NCBI GenBank assembly: GCA_013239625.1
Contig: MU056703.1
Coordinates: forward strand, 981,185-1,045,184
DNA length: 64,000 nucleotides
Reading direction: 5' to 3'
Source of the DNA: Lama guanicoe
Lineage: Eukaryota
Made by a program: the position numbers and the translations under genes. Below, in pieces: positions 1 through 14,119 of the stretch (position 1 is the stretch's first letter; each line of letters starts with the position of its first letter). The notes beneath the pieces were generated by a model. That model worked only from the letters and a program-made list of their open reading frames with translations. It searched no databases and was not told the DNA's origin.

Positions 1-454
1 ATGCTTGTTTCTGTATCAGCTGCGATTTACGTCTTTGCATGGTTGGCTGCTTCCACTTTTTTGGTCTGGACAGCGTTCTGTCCTGCCCACGGCCCTCCAT
101 CCTTGCCTCGCTCCTGGCCCATCTGGCCGTGACCTCGCTTTTGCCGTCACCTGCCGTTCTCTCCTGCTTCTGGCTGAGAGCCGCCTGGAGACCTGGCTTT
201 CTCTGTGCTTCCCCCGTGCCCGGAACCATCCTCTGACTTCCTTCCTCACTTCAGGGCCTGCGTGTTCGTCGTCTGTCACTGCACAGCAAAGCCCCCAGCC
301 CCCGTGGCTTAAAGCAAGGCTGGATCAGCTCTCGGTTCCCCTCATCAGAAGGCCTGCTTGGGGTCTCTCAAGGCCGAAGTCTAAGTGTCGGCCCTGCTGA
401 CTCCTGCGCGGAGGCTTTGGGAAAAGCTTCCTTCCTGCACATTTGTTGTGGGCA

Positions 455-735
455 GTGACAGTTAATTTCACGTGTGGACTTGGCTGCACCACTCTGTCCG
501 GGCACCTGGTCCAATATTCTTCAGAGAGTTTCTGCGAGGGTGTTTTAGGGGGAGACGCTGAGTGACAGATGGCCCTCCACTGTGGTGGGCCTCGCCCAAG
601 CAGGGGAAGGCCTGAGTAGCACAAAGGCTGACTTCTGACCTCCCCTGAGCATTGGCTCCCTGGGACTGCAGCCTGCCTGCCCTCCCTCTATGCACACACA
701 TCCCATTGGTGGGTCCTCTGGAGAACCCTGACTTC
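455..735 (+). mobile_element. ERVL LTR (MLT2-like), degraded
   Basis: Start gttaatttcacgtgtggacttggctg, middle ggcctgagtagcacaaaggctgac and end ctctggagaaccctgact resemble MLT2. Confidence 0.65.
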
Positions 736-3700
736 TTATGGGCAGAACCCTCTTCCTTGTAGATCTGAGGTCCTCGGTTGCATCCTGACTGCAGCCCAGG
801 GGTCACTCTCTCCCCTAGAGGTTGACCACATTCCTCATCTTCAAAGCCAGGAATGAGCTCGAGTCCTGGGGAACGGCCTCCAAGAAGGAGCGGTGGGTGG
901 TGCACCCAGCTGGGAATGCACCCACCGTGCCCAGAGTCACTGCCAGCCTCCCTGGGTGGCCAGGTGGCTGCCTTCCTGATGCTCCAGAGAGTGGACGGGC
1001 TCGACTGACAGGTTCCAAGCTGCCAAAAGCTCCAAAAGTTCTGCCAGGGCCAGAGTGGGTGCAGAGCATCAGCTGTCTCCCGCGGCCCTTCCTGGCTGGC
1101 GTCACTATTCAAGCAGGGGCCAGGAATTCGTCATGGTTGGGCCATTTTCCCCCAAAAGCGTCGTCTTGCCTCAGGCCCCCCGGGGGTTCTGTTTCTGCTG
1201 ACTTCACTGAACGAGGCCCCGAGGTCAGCGGGTGCTGGTCGTTGGCCCTCTCACTGCAACACGGATATTCTGGCAAATTCCCTGGATGGAGAGCGGAAGC
1301 TCCACGTTCCTAAAGGAAAGAAAACCAGCCATGAACAGGCAACATTTGAAGTCGTAGACAGTTCTTCAACTGATGCTTTAAAATGGAAAAGCTATAAAAA
1401 CACATCTTTAAGATAAAGATAAGATAAATTGTTACATAAAAAATAACAGTGCATTTTTACCTGCAATTTCACTGTAAGCCGTAATGAGTTACGGTTCCCC
1501 CGGGTCGTGAGTCAGCAGTCACCAACGGGGAGGAAAAGCAGGTGCATTTGTGTGTCTGTGCACGTCCCTGCGTCTGTGAGTGAGTGTGTGACTGCATGCA
1601 GCTGCTGGGACAGAATGTCAGCCCCCCTGCGTGGCACCGCTCCGAGGCGTCACACGGGTCCTCTGCTGCTGTCCAGCCTGTCGTGGGTTCCTTCCTGGGT
1701 GAAAGGCTGTCATCATGCAGCGGCCTCCGAGGCATCTCAGAAATGAGTTTCATTTCGCCACAGACTCCCCGGGGACCAGAGAGCTGCTGAAGTCACACTG
1801 GGGGCGCAGCTGCCCACACGAGGCCGCTTCCCAGCCTCTCTCGCAGGCTGACCTCTGCCAACTGCCAGCCGGTCTCAGTGCTTCCGAAAGGGGGTGGTTT
1901 TCCAAGACGAGGACCAAGGACAGGAGCGTAGACCCAGGAAGCGCTTTGGAAGCAGAAGCATTTTCCCTGAGCATCATTTGGGGTTTGGGTCCCCAGTTCC
2001 CAGAGCACCTCCAGCTGGAAGCACGGCAGCCCTGGCCATGAGCCTCCCCGCACGAGGGCTGTACCACCCTGGGCGGCGCTGGCGGGCGAGGCGCTTCCGC
2101 AGAGCAGCAGCTGTGGACCTGGGCCCACGGGGAGGTCACACACCGTGTGAGGGGACAGTTCGTGGGGGAAAGATCTTGTCAGACGGGGAAACACATCCTC
2201 TTGCCCGGTTTTCAGCTCTTTGTGGACTCAACGGCGTGGCTGGGTTGTTCAGACCCGTGTTTCCAACTGCGTTTGAAACCAGAGGAGATGAAGGTGTATC
2301 AGGGACTGCAGTGCGTCTTGTGTGCCCCGTCGGTTACAGTGTCCAGACAGGCCCTGCGTGGAGCTGCTCACGGAGCCCGCAAGGTCGTGGCCAGCCTGCT
2401 GCCCGAGGGCGTCTGACCAACCGCCCTCATGGTCAGAGCCACCTGAAGACGCAGGTGCGTGTGACCAGCAGCACAGACGTGTCTGTGGAGCCGACGCCGC
2501 GGACGCCCGGGGATCCCGCCTGTGCAGGTCTCTGCCCTCTTCTAAACGAGGAGCAGGAGCCTGTGGTCTACAGTGGTGACAGGCCCTGCGAAGGGCGAGG
2601 TGAAAGAAAGGGAAGGGCAGGTGTGGCGTCCCCAGCAAGTGCCAGGAACGCATACTGGGGCACGGGGCCGCCAGGGCGGGGCTCTGCTGAGCTGTGTTCT
2701 CCAGGCCACCAGCGCGGCTGGACAGCACCAGAGGGGCAGGCAGACGAGCCCAGGCCTCCCTGTGGCTTCTCGGCAAGCAGCTGATGCAGCCCAGGCCCAG
2801 GGAGAGAGCTGATGAGCTGGCGCTGGGCATCCCAGCAAGGGGAGGAGCCGCACGATTTGCTTTTATTCTCCTGACCAGCGCGGAGGGCCCCAGGTGGGTT
2901 CTCGAAGAGCTGCTCTCCATGGTACCACCCGTGCGGCCCCCGGAGGACACAGCGGCCACTATTCTCGTGTCTTCTACACGTCCAGAGAGCGGCATGACAC
3001 CCTGCGGTGCCCGGCTGTGGGGCCCGATGCCTCCCACACTCCCTGGGTGACCCTCGGTCCCAGGTGGCCCCTGGTCACTGTCACCAGCAGTGAAGGGTCG
3101 GAGGTTGCCCAGCGGGGGGCTTGGGGACAACTCTGGGCTCAGAGCCGGGTGACTCCATCACTCACAGAATCTGCCGGAGCATCGGCCCTTCAAGTCCCGG
3201 CTCCCACCCGGTGTCGCAGAGAAGGCCCGGCGGCACCTGCGCACGTGGGGAGAACCCAGGGGCCCGAGGAGGCGCAGGAAGCACTGCCCCTCTTGGCTCC
3301 GGAGCAGAGCGGCAGCTCCAGTTTGAGGGTGGTCACGGCACAGACACCAGGGAGACCGCCTGGAACAGGAACGGTGCCTCTGCTGGCCGGCGTGCGGGAG
3401 CGCCAGGATCCTGGGGCGTGGGCTTCAGGCGGCGGCTGCGTTCAGAGGTGGAGGCCTGGGTCCTGTGACCATGCGCTGGATGGGGGACAGCAGAGGGCGC
3501 AGGTGTCGGGCCAGAGCCAGCAGGCCTGTGCCTTCATCACCACGCGGCAAGCGCGGGCCTGCCCCCCAGCGCCTCGCCGTGCTCACCTCGTGCCTTTAGC
3601 ACCAGCCTTTATCTTGCCAGATCTCCTGAAGACACCCTTTATCCTTTCATGGCGTGGATTCCTTTGTCAGCCTGGGAAGGACCCCTTCTCCAAGTGAAGC

Positions 3701-5505
3701 ACCTAAGAAAATGAAGCACTTCAAGTAAAATGAAACGCCTACGAGAACGAGGAGGAATAGAATATCTAAGAACATAAAGGAGCCATTGTTACTGTTACTG
3801 AAAACCAGTTATCAAATAGTTTAAAAATATAAAAAGTACAGAATATAAAAAACGTATTTGGGATTAAAGTTTGTGTTTCTTTGAGCGTTAACTCAAACGA
3901 CCTGGCACTGGGTCTGATAAATACTGTAACTTCAGAGCAGTCTCAGGCGTAAATAGTATTTAGAGATCTGAGGAACCGTTGCCCCCCGTGTCCTGGAGCA
4001 AGGCCGGCGTTGCAGACAGACCGCTCCCGTCTGGGTCCGGAACTTGTGGTGTTGCGTGTGCAGAGCCCAGGCGGGCAGTGAGCAGAGACCCCACGGAGCA
4101 GGGGTGTGGAGGACCTGGGATCTGTGGGCAGCGAGGGGGAGGGCGGACCCACAGAAAGAAGCACAGGAGCCCTGTGATGTGCTCCGGACGACAAGCTGCT
4201 TAAAGTCGCTCAGTGCAGAGTGAGAGGCCAGGACCAGAGGGTGGTGAGCTGGGGAAGCCAGCCGCCTAGTCCCGGGGGCCGTGCGGCCAGAGTCCAGCAG
4301 ACTGCCCACTGCAGTGGCCGGGCTTTCCAGAATTCAGAAATACTTCTTACCTGGTTGGGGAGCAGCAGCTGCCCCCAAAGTCCCAGCAGTGACCTCCTAT
4401 TGCCCAGATGACCCCGGCCCCTCCCACTGGGTTCCCAGCTCCCCCCAGATCCAAAATGGAATGGTTAACTCCCTGCCGTGGGGGGCCCCGGGACCCTACT
4501 CCACCGTGTCAGGTGAGGCTGGGGAGCTGTGAGGCTGTGGTACCCCCTGGATGCTCTAACGTCGCGGCCAAGTGGAAGGGAAGGTGGGGCCACGCAGCTG
4601 CTTCCTGGGGAAGCCGGTCTCAGCCTCCAGCCTCCAGAGCTGGGAGAAATGAACGTCTGTCGTGTGTGAGCAGCCCAGCCCCAGGTCTTCTGCTACAGCC
4701 CGAAGGCGCCGAGACCCCAGGTTACGCGTGTGTGCAAAGGCCACGAATGAGAACGGACATGCGACAGAAGGTAACGTCAGGAGCTGCTTAAGCAGTCCTG
4801 CAGGTTCGTGCAGCAAGGAGACAGGATGCGGGCCACAAACGAGCGTTTCCGTGTTCGCTAAACCTGCCGCCGGATCAAGACAGCAGTGTTCTCAGCCTCC
4901 TCGTCACACCCCAGACCCCCGTCCCCACGCCCGCGGCCCGGGCGGTCCGAGCAGGGTTTGGTGCTGGTGTGAGCACTGCACCAGCGCGGGGTCGGGGACA
5001 CACGCCTCTTCACAGGCAAAGAGGAGCGTCTTTTCGATGCTTGAGGCAAACTCGAACCACAGGCTAATGTCTGTTTTGTGTTATTAAAGGTAATCTTCCT
5101 TAATTAACATAATCAGAGGAAAATAATATACTTGGAGGCCAAAGAAGTGGCATATCTTAGATCAAAGATTTTTCTGGTGATTGTGTTTATCCTTTGAAAA
5201 CACGCATCTTGAGAGTTTCTAGATGGCGGTAATTTGATTCTTGACTCTGTTTACTTTGTCCTGTACTTACTCTGACTCTGAAATCACAAGACCGTGGGGG
5301 CTTCCTTTCATAACGCTGATAATGTTGGTAATCCGGGGGGAGCTATATAAACTGTACCTTCATGCTTGTGAACAGAACTATTTCTAGACCTGCAATTACT
5401 TCTTTATGAACAGCTTCGTGGAGGACAGAGCGTACCCCGGCTGCCTCCCTCCCTTCTGTGCAGGAGAGTGAAAAGGGAAGCCGTGGCTCCCCGCTGCGGT
5501 GTTCC

Positions 5506-5508
<3 letters not shown>

Positions 5509-5539
<31 letters not shown>
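5509..5539. repeat. (GT)n microsatellite
   Basis: About 15 perfect GT units. Confidence 0.95.
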
Positions 5540-5542
<3 letters not shown>

Positions 5543-5569
5543 ACACGCACCACGCTGGAAGTGCTGGGT

Positions 5570-5845
5570 GGGCCTGGCTGTGTGAGGTCAGGGAGCATCA
5601 GGGTGGGCTCTGCTGAGGGCCCCCTTCCAGGCTTGCAGGCGGCGCCTTCTCGCGGAGTCCTCCAGGTGAACAGCCAGCTGGGGTGACCCTTCCTCTTCTA
5701 AAAGGGCACCAGCCCTATCGGATGGCGCCTCACCCTCACGACCTCATTTAAACTTAATAACCGCCCTCGAGACTCCATCTCCAAATGCCAGCCCACGGGG
5801 GTCAGGGCTCAACATGTAGATTCAAGGGACGTGATCCAGCCCCAG
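5570..5845 (-). mobile_element. MaLR LTR (MLT1-like) fragment
   Basis: caccctcacgacctcatttaaacttaat...ccatctccaaat...ggtcagggctcaacatgtagatt. Confidence 0.7.
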
Positions 5846-8800
5846 CGGGAGGCCATGGGCCCCACCGTCCACGAGCTGAACGTGGGACTGCCACCCTCCC
5901 CACCCCCGGTCTCTCTAAACCCAAGACCTCGTCGCCCAGAGAACACTTGGAATCTCATGGAAACGCTAAGTGTAGCTTACCAAATGGTAGCAGTGGGCTC
6001 TCACTGGGGGACACACCCTGGAGACTGATCTCGGCTTGAGGGCCTGGCCCTGTCAAGTGGGACAGAGGACACCGGGGAGGGTCTGCCCTGCACCGGGAAT
6101 CCTGGGCCCACGTGGACAGCTGGTGTACGGGAGGGGCCGGTGCTTCCCCCCGCACCGGCAAGCACCCGCGAGAACTCGTGAGAGGCGCAGGTGTGGGCAG
6201 AATCACGGAGGGGGAGCCTTGGATTTCGCCGCCACACCCACCCTTGGCGGGAAGACCCCGCTGCGCCTCTGTCGCGGGGTGGCCTGAGGCCGCAGTGCAT
6301 CCGCGGTTGAGTCAGCCACACGTGGGACACAGGCGTCAGGAGGCGGGAGTCAGGACGACAGAACGAAGCTCATCTTCCTCGCCGAGACCGGGTGCTGCTG
6401 CAGGAGGGCCCCAGGCGGCCCCGCGCCCCCAGCCCCGCCGCGCACACCTGGAGCCGGGCCCCCGGAGTGGGGCGACCGCGACCAGAGGCCAGCGCCTCGC
6501 AGCCCGTCCGGAAGGCCAGCCGCCGGGAAGCGTTCGGGTGAAGCTTCGGCCTGAGCCGAGTGTAAATCTGGGGAAGGGGGGAGTTCAGATGTCACAGGCG
6601 GCTGGGGGGAGACCTTTCTGAGCCACAGGGAAGGGGCAGGATTCGCCCTCCCGGGTGTGGGGCGGGCTGAGCGGCCTCTGCGTGCAGGGCGGACCGGCCC
6701 CGGCAGGGCAGGCGGGTGTATGTTGCGCTGCTCACGGCATGTGTTCACGTTGGGGCAGGCGGGCGTCCCAGGCGTGGTGCCCACGGGGTTACCAGCCACC
6801 CCAGTTCCTGCCTGGTTACCAGGGAAGCACCTGTGTGCTCTGTGTTTCCTGCCACCAAACCTTCAGGGTCACAGAGCGTTGGGTCTTCTATCTATGTGCT
6901 GAAGATGCTCTCAGGTTGGGAGACAAAAGCATCACTGGGGAAACCCTGGGCCACTAACTGGCTGGGGTTTTGGAGTTCTCACCGAGGAAGGAAGCCGTAA
7001 GGAAGATTCTAGCGCACTTCTTACTTGCCTGGGCCCTGATAGCAGTTAGGTCTTGGTATGGTTTTAAGAAAGGTGTTCAAGGCTGTAGCTTCGGTTAACA
7101 GTGTGTTTGTTTTTAATAAAACGCAACAAAATGCTGTCTATCTCAGCATGTCCCTAGGATACCGTTTTATATTTTGCTCCGCTTAGTTTCTTGGCGTTCT
7201 TTTGTGGACTGGAGGGGAGGGGGAGAGCGTTCGTTAGCAGAGAGGAAACTGGCGGATAACCAGCTGCGTTCCTGGGCGTGGGCGTCAGACCGGCTGACCT
7301 TTGTGTGGGGGCCTTCATTCTGAGTTTGTCTTCTTTAATTGTGGCTGGTTCGCAAGGCCTGATTTTTGTGTAACTCCTCTGCCTGCATCTTCTCTGGGTC
7401 TCGATTGCAGTCAGGTTTCCGGAGGCCCCATTGTTACAGCCCCAGAGAAACGTTCTCACTATTGTGTCTAACTTGGGACACAGAACAATGACCATTTTTC
7501 AAAGAGGAAGATGCCTGGGAGATTTCTTTTCATTTTACAGACTTTTCAGTGGCCCCTTCAGGAAAGGGAGTCTACCGGCGGCAGGAATTCAAGGGGGAAA
7601 CACACACTTCGGAGAAGCAGGTGAGGAGAGCGCTGGGAGGCTGAGGACAGCCTGGCGGGAGCGAAGCCGCGGACGTGTGCCGCCAGGGCCCTGCATCCTC
7701 TGTCTCCCGGCGGGTGACGGGTGATTCCCTGCAGGTGCCCAGAGGGTCACTCGGGCCGTTCACCTGGAACCCTCTGAAGACCAAGGCGTGATCGCATTTC
7801 AGAGGTCATGGCGAATATTTCCGGAAGCACCGCGCAGGTGCCCTTGGGCTTACCTGGCAGACGCCCCATTCACACTCTGGCTTGATGGCTTGTCGTGTGG
7901 TCGCCGGCTGAGGCGGCAGCGAGAACACACCCAGGCCTCCCTCGAGGGAGAGACGCCCCCACAGCCGTCGCTCTGAGGGTCTCTGGACGAGCGGTCCCCG
8001 GGCTCTCCGTGGGCAGCGTGGCCCCGGCGAAGGGGGGCTGCTAGCATCCCCGAGCCGCAGTAACCGGCGCACCCAGGGGGGCCGCTGTCCTGGGCGCCTT
8101 CGGTGGGAGTCCCGGCTTCACTTTCTGCAGATGAATCCCAGCCTTCTCCGCTCCCAGAGCCCCGCATGCTCCCCTCCCCAGAGCAGCGGTCAGCGTCTGG
8201 CTGCCCTCCCCTTTGACGAGAACGTCCACGCCTCCTGCTGGGGTACAGGCCACCCCACCCACTCACTCATGTCTGTGTTTTCAAGCTAGTGCGTGACCCG
8301 ACACACTCAGTCCTGTGCCCCAAGCAATACTGAATGAATGAATGAATGAGTAAATGAACGTATGAACGAAAACAAGGGATGTCTCGTGTCTCAGAAGTGT
8401 ACCTGCACGTGTGCACTTCTCAGAGGTGGGCAGAGCCCTGAGGCTGTCTCTTTTCCAGGCCTTCCTGTCAACCGTGCTGGAATCTGACAGCTCGTGCAGC
8501 ATCCTTCTCCCACCCCGGGGGTTCGATGTCCTTCCTTCTGTTTATATGAACCAGTTATGATGCAAAGTCTCCTGCAGACCTGCGTCCCCCCGTTTCCCAC
8601 CTCTCTCCCCACTGCCCAGTACCACTGCCCCTGGCACCGGCTCTGAGTGGGTGTCACCAAGCATTTCACTCCTGATTTTCACGGCAGAGCGACTCAAGTA
8701 TGCTTCCCGTGGTCATGGAGGGCTCCGTGTGTTCACCGCTGCGCTGGCCTCTACCGAGTGGGACGAGGAGGTTGTCTGTGGACCCCGCGGTCCTGCCCAG

Positions 8801-9662
8801 CCGCCCCACCCCTGCTCTGAAGCCAGCCTTTCCTGCAACCCCCGGCCCCAGCAGACGAGACACAGGACCATCTCGTGAACACGATTCCCATGGCAGAACG
8901 AGAGCTTCTGGGGAGCATGGCTCCCCTGGAAAGCTGGTGACTCCATCCCAGATGATAGAGTCGCCTATACACTAGGCTGTGCTTAGATGCCAGAGAACAC
9001 AGGAAAGGCAGTGTGTACAAAGGAAACGAAGTTTGAATTGTCTGAATAACCCACGTACATCCACCTGACTGGTAAGTGTTTGCACCGATGCGCGATGGCG
9101 CCCGAGCTCCCAGGCTTGAGCAGTTGTGGGCGAGCGGAGCCAGTTCCCTGGGCGCTGGCAGCATGGCCCTGGGTCCGTGCCCAGCGTGCCCGGCGGCCCG
9201 CGGAGCATCGCCCATCACGGTGATGGGAGAACCAGCTCGCCCACGGCCCTTCTCTTGGCTTCTCTCCAGGGACCCCTCGCTCCCTGATGAGCCTCGTGGC
9301 TCACAGTAACTCAGCTCTAAGGAACCCTCAGACGGGGTCACGCCCCTCGAGTCGCCGCACTTTTGAGAAGGTCCCAGAGGACGTTCTGAGCCTCCACATG
9401 ACCGTCTCCTCCCGCTGCTCAGGGAAGGGTTCACCCTGACCACAGTCCTGCCCCAGCCTGAGCCCCACAGAGGTCCCACCAGAGAGGTCCAGGCGTCATG
9501 CTGCAGGCACCCTGGTCGGCAGCGTCTGCTGGGCCTCTGCTGCCACCCAGTGTCCCTCGGCCACCGCCCTCGGGCGCACAGTTGATGGAGGAGAGGCACC
9601 TGGTCCATGCTGCTGGGCAGGGGTGGGGCTGGGCATCCCCGGGGTGGAGGGGACTCACAAGT

Positions 9663-9822
9663 CGCTGAGTAGTGCTTCGTTGTGAGCACGCTGCATCCTC
9701 TTTCTCCATCATCTGCCGACAGACACTTAGGTTGGTTCCGTGTCTTGGTTGTTGTAAACAGTGCTGTGTGAGCAGTGGGGTGCACGTATCTAGTTGAATT
9801 AGTTTTTGTCTTTTCTGAATGT
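9663..9822 (-). mobile_element. LINE-1 fragment
   Basis: gacacttaggttggttccgtgtcttggttgttgtaaacagtgctg; ORF2 remnant ALFTTTKTRNQPKC. Confidence 0.7.
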
Positions 9823-10974
9823 ACGAAGGGCTATTTTTTCATGTTCAGAGTTGTACTGTGAGTCTCTGGATAAAGATATTCTAAGAGACAAACTGACGTT
9901 AGCAGTTCTGACACTGGCGGTGGCAGAAAGGGGAGCTGAGTGCGGAGGGTGAGGTCTGACTATAGAATGAAGCACTGCCCAGCGTAAACATGATGCCCAG
10001 GAGAAGGTGGGAGCTTGGGGACCCTAGTGCCACCAGGTCTTTGTGAGCGCGTGCAGGGAGGGGACCAGATGTAGAGACAGCAGATGTGGGGGAGGAGCCA
10101 GGCTTAGGAGGTCCCTGCGGGGACTGAGGGGGGAGGTCCCACAGGGTGAAGGAGGGAGCCGTGGCTGTTTGGCAGAAGACTTACGGGGCAGGAACCAGGA
10201 GCCCAGGCCCTGCTGCACGCGAGCTCACTGTAGGGTGTTGATCCACCTGTCAAGTCAGAACGAAGACCTGGGCTGGTACCAAGGGGTCTGAACGCAGAGG
10301 GTGGCCTGGGGTGTCACTCAGCTGACAAGGACCAAGGGCCCAGGAGACAAACACCTGAGGCCCCGAGGAGCGGTGCCCACACGGCAGGACGTGTCTCAGC
10401 CTCTGCCCCCACCTCTCGACATCCCCCTCCTCACGCGCAGCCGTCAGGGCGGCGGGGGGAGGGCCCGGAGCCCTCACCCCCGTGGGGAGAGACGGGCCAG
10501 CTCATTCCTGGGGTGCGGACAGAGCCACGTCCACACCCCTAACGAGAAACTGTCGTCCCGACAGGACAGCGACGGCTCTGTCACCAGGGCTCACCGGGAA
10601 CCTCAGGCACACGGAGTGAGCAGAGATGGGGCCGGGTCCCCGCAGCCAGGGCGAGCTCAGGTGGGAAGTCAACAGGTGACTTTTGACTTGTTTTCTCCAG
10701 GAGTTTGGGCTGCAGTCAAAGAAACTGGCTTATACCTGTGACAGTGAAAAGGCGAGACTAGAGACCGTGCCTCCGGGAGGCCCCACACGGAGCACAGAGC
10801 TGCAGCTCCTGAGTCTGCTCTCTGCCCCCGGCGAAGGCTGAAAATCTCCTACCGTAGGGTCCCCAGAAAAGTCCTAGAAAAGGACTTTTAATTGACTTGC
10901 TTGGGTCTTTCGTCTGTTCCTTACCCAGTTCCTGTAAGCCGGAGGCACAAAGTGCTCTGGCTGGCCGGCCTGGA

Positions 10975-11135
10975 GTGATGTCGGGGATCGGGTGAGGATG
11001 GGGATGGGGTGAGGACGGAGATGTGGGGAGGACGAAGATGGGGTGAGAAGGGGGATGTGGGGAGGACGAAGATGGGGTGAGGTCGGGGATGGGACGAGGA
11101 TGGGGACGGGGTGGGGACGGGGTGAGGACCGGGAT
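10975..11135. repeat. G-rich degenerate minisatellite
   Basis: Repeated GATGGGGTGAGG / GATGTGGGGAGGACGAA units. Confidence 0.8.
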
Positions 11136-11511
11136 GTACGACGTGGTCCAGGTCAGGACCGCCGGGCATGTGAGTGGGGAGAGCCCTAGCATCGTGGAAG
11201 CAGGACGGCGCACGTGCACCGCGGACGCAGGCCCAGGGCCTCTCCGTCACGAAGCACCGCTCTGAGCATATATTTTATTGGAAAAGCAACAGAAGTTCCT
11301 AGTGGTTCTAAACTCCCGTTGCTTTTCATTTACTTACAGCAACCATTGCTTTGTGTCACGCTTTTTACAGTGCCAGCCAAGCAGGCTGAAGTGGCTGTAA
11401 GTGTCAATAACCATCATGAAAGCAATTTCAGTAAAAATAAATAAACCGTGTAAACGACTTACTTACGCAAAGGCAGGATCCTTGCCGAGCAAGTGGTGGA
11501 AATTGAGGAAA

Positions 11512-11530
11512 GGGCGCCATCTGGTGGCCG
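11512..11530 (-). promoter_or_regulatory. CTCF-binding motif
   Basis: Reverse complement CGGCCACCAGATGGCGCCC matches the CTCF core consensus CCASYAGRKGGCR. Confidence 0.6.
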
Positions 11531-12474
11531 CGCCCGTTCAGTCTGTCGCTGAAAATCAAATTGAGGGTTTGGAAGAGCAGCCCTTGCGGAGGAAATTACT
11601 CTTACAGCGAGAGGAAATAACAGGACTAAAGAGTGGACATTATTTTGCACCTTAAAAAAAGCCAAGACCTAATTGTAAACAAAGAGAAAACGTACTGAGA
11701 AACTTTTTTTTTCAGTGCATAGTTTCTATGAAAACTTAAGCCCTGCCCTGGTTTGCTCCTGGAAGCTGGTCTCTGCTGTGTAACTGGTGAGTGTCCAGCT
11801 CCCACATTCCATTGGTCCCAGTAGGCGGGCTTTTCATCCACATGCTTGGGCCCCGATCACGCCGCCGCTGACTGGGCTGGGATGGCCGACGATGTGAGTT
11901 TTAGAAACATAGTGTTAGGTGGAAAGGGCAAGTCCCCTGGATGTCGCGCACCGCGTCACTCTGCAAGGCGAAGGCCAAGCACGAGAAGACGGAGGTGAAT
12001 CTTAGGGTGACGAGCAGGTGCGAGCCGACACGGGGGCCCTGGGGTCCGTCGTGAGCAGCGCTCGGCTGCTCTGTACCCGACGGTTCTCCTCGCTTCCTCC
12101 CGGCTGAGTCTTCCACTGATTTTCGGTATAATTACCGGGAGAGGGTTCTGCCCACTACCAGCTGCCAATTCACAACATTTGGGTGGAGCCTTTGGCGTGA
12201 AGTCATATCACAGACCTTAAATATTTCCAAGATAAGAAATCTGTTTTTCATCTATCCAAATTGTGAAGAAACAGCAGATTATAAACTCTCGTGTTCTGTG
12301 TGTTTTAAATTGGCATTTCTTTACTAAGCAGTAGGCCCTTTAAGAAATCTGTATGGAGTAAGTTATGTTACTAGAATGACGATTATCATTATGAAGCAGT
12401 AACTGGCAACGTGAGCCTTGAGGCTTTTAAAGCGCCGTTTGTCCAGTTCCTACTATGAAAAAGGCACTGTGGTA

Positions 12475-12620
12475 AATGCTTTACATTTTCTGTGAAGTAG
12501 GTAATATGATCTCTCTATTTTGGGAAGCCGAAAGGTAAGGCCTCTGGGCCACGTGCGGAAGGTCACGTAGCTTGTAAGTGGCAGAACAGAGATCCAAATG
12601 CAGACATCTCTGTCTATGAA
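12475..12620. mobile_element. MIR SINE fragment
   Basis: aaggtcacgtagcttgtaagtggcagaacagagatccaaa resembles the MIR core. Confidence 0.55.
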
Positions 12621-12773
12621 ACTTTATTCATACAGCAGCTTCCTCTCCATGTAAAGGGTAGTTCTCAGTAATTCGATGGGGATTCTGTTTTATGATCAAA
12701 CAGTAGTAGAGTCAGATGAAGAAATCTTACAGAAGTCAAGGCCACAAAGATGCCTCTCTTCTGTCTGAAAGGA

Positions 12774-12776
<3 letters not shown>

Positions 12777-12820
<44 letters not shown>

Positions 12821-12838
12821 AAGAGAGAGAGAGAGAGA
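12777..12838. repeat. (GA)n microsatellite, interrupted
   Basis: About 20 GA units, a short interruption, then more GA units. Confidence 0.95.
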
Positions 12839-13763
12839 GGGAGGGAGGAGTGACCTCTCTGCAGTGCAGAGGGTGTGGGCGTGGGGGATTGCACTACCCA
12901 GCTGACGTTCTCAGGGAACACCCAAAAACAGCCGCGAACAACAGAAAACACTCAGCCTCTCCACGTTTGGGAAAGGGCATTGGGAAGGCTGCGGGCGGAG
13001 GCGGGCGGGCATGAATGTAAATGGTACACGGCTGCCCTCAGGGAGCCCCGGGATGAATGCAGGAATGTGGCCCACAGCCCTGCAGGGCAGTGCTCTGAAT
13101 TGTTCTCAGCTATAAATATCCCCACCAAATTACAGGGGAGGAGTTAACTAGAGACGCTTCGGTCTTCAGTTAAATCTTTGCCAACTGGATTGGCTGAAAA
13201 TGCTTTCACACTTTTCTCTTAATTTTTATTTTCTTCCCTGTGAGTTTGAGGGTCTTTCTTCTTTGTTCGTCATTTGTAATTTTATTTTTGAAACAACTTA
13301 ACCAATTTTTCAGTTATTCTAGGAGATGAGTAAGAACCATTTGCATATAAGGCCTTCTCTATCTTGGGAGCTGCATTAGTTTTGGCTTGTTGGTGTTTTG
13401 AGTTTGTAGTAATACTTCCGTTGCACGCCTATTTTAAGCTCGTATGCTGACTAATGTACCTGTTTTCCCTTTATGGACTCCGGGGGTTTATACTACACTT
13501 AGAAATAGTCCCTAAATTCCTCAATTATGTTTTACACTTGCTCACTGTTGCGTTTTTTGAGCCCATTTTATATTAAACTCACTGACCTATCTGGCTCTCT
13601 TGGTGTGAAGAATGGGTTGTCATGGAGCTGACTTGTCTCAGCCTCATTTCCTGAATAATCATCTTTTCCTCAATGGTGTAAAAGGCTTCCTTTACCGTAT
13701 ATGGAAACTTTATATGTTCTGGGTCGCTGAGAGTGACCTGTCCCCCCCCCGGAACTAGCCACC

Positions 13764-14119
13764 TGTGCTGGTTTTCTGGGGCTGCAGGGGACAAGCGCCA
13801 CACGGGGGCGTGGACGGCAGACATCCGTTGTCTCCCAGGCGGAGGCTGCAGGCGCAAGGCCACAGCGTCAGCAGGGCAGGCGTCTCCGGAGGCCTCTCTC
13901 CTCGGCCTGTAGGTGGCGTCCTCCCTGTGTCCTCACAGGCCACCCTCTGTGGGTCCGGGTCCTGATCTCCTCTTCTTGGACTAGGGCCCCCGAGCCACAG
14001 TTGACCTCGGTCACCTCTTTAAAGACTCCATCTCCAAACACAGTCACGTGCTGAGGTCGGGGTGGGGGGATCAGGGCTTTGACACAGGAATTCAGTGGGG
14101 ACGCAGTTCCGTCCTAACA
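13764..14119 (-). mobile_element. MaLR LTR (MLT1-like)
   Basis: gaggcctctctcctcggcctgtag...ctctttaaagactccatctccaaacacagtcac. Confidence 0.7.
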
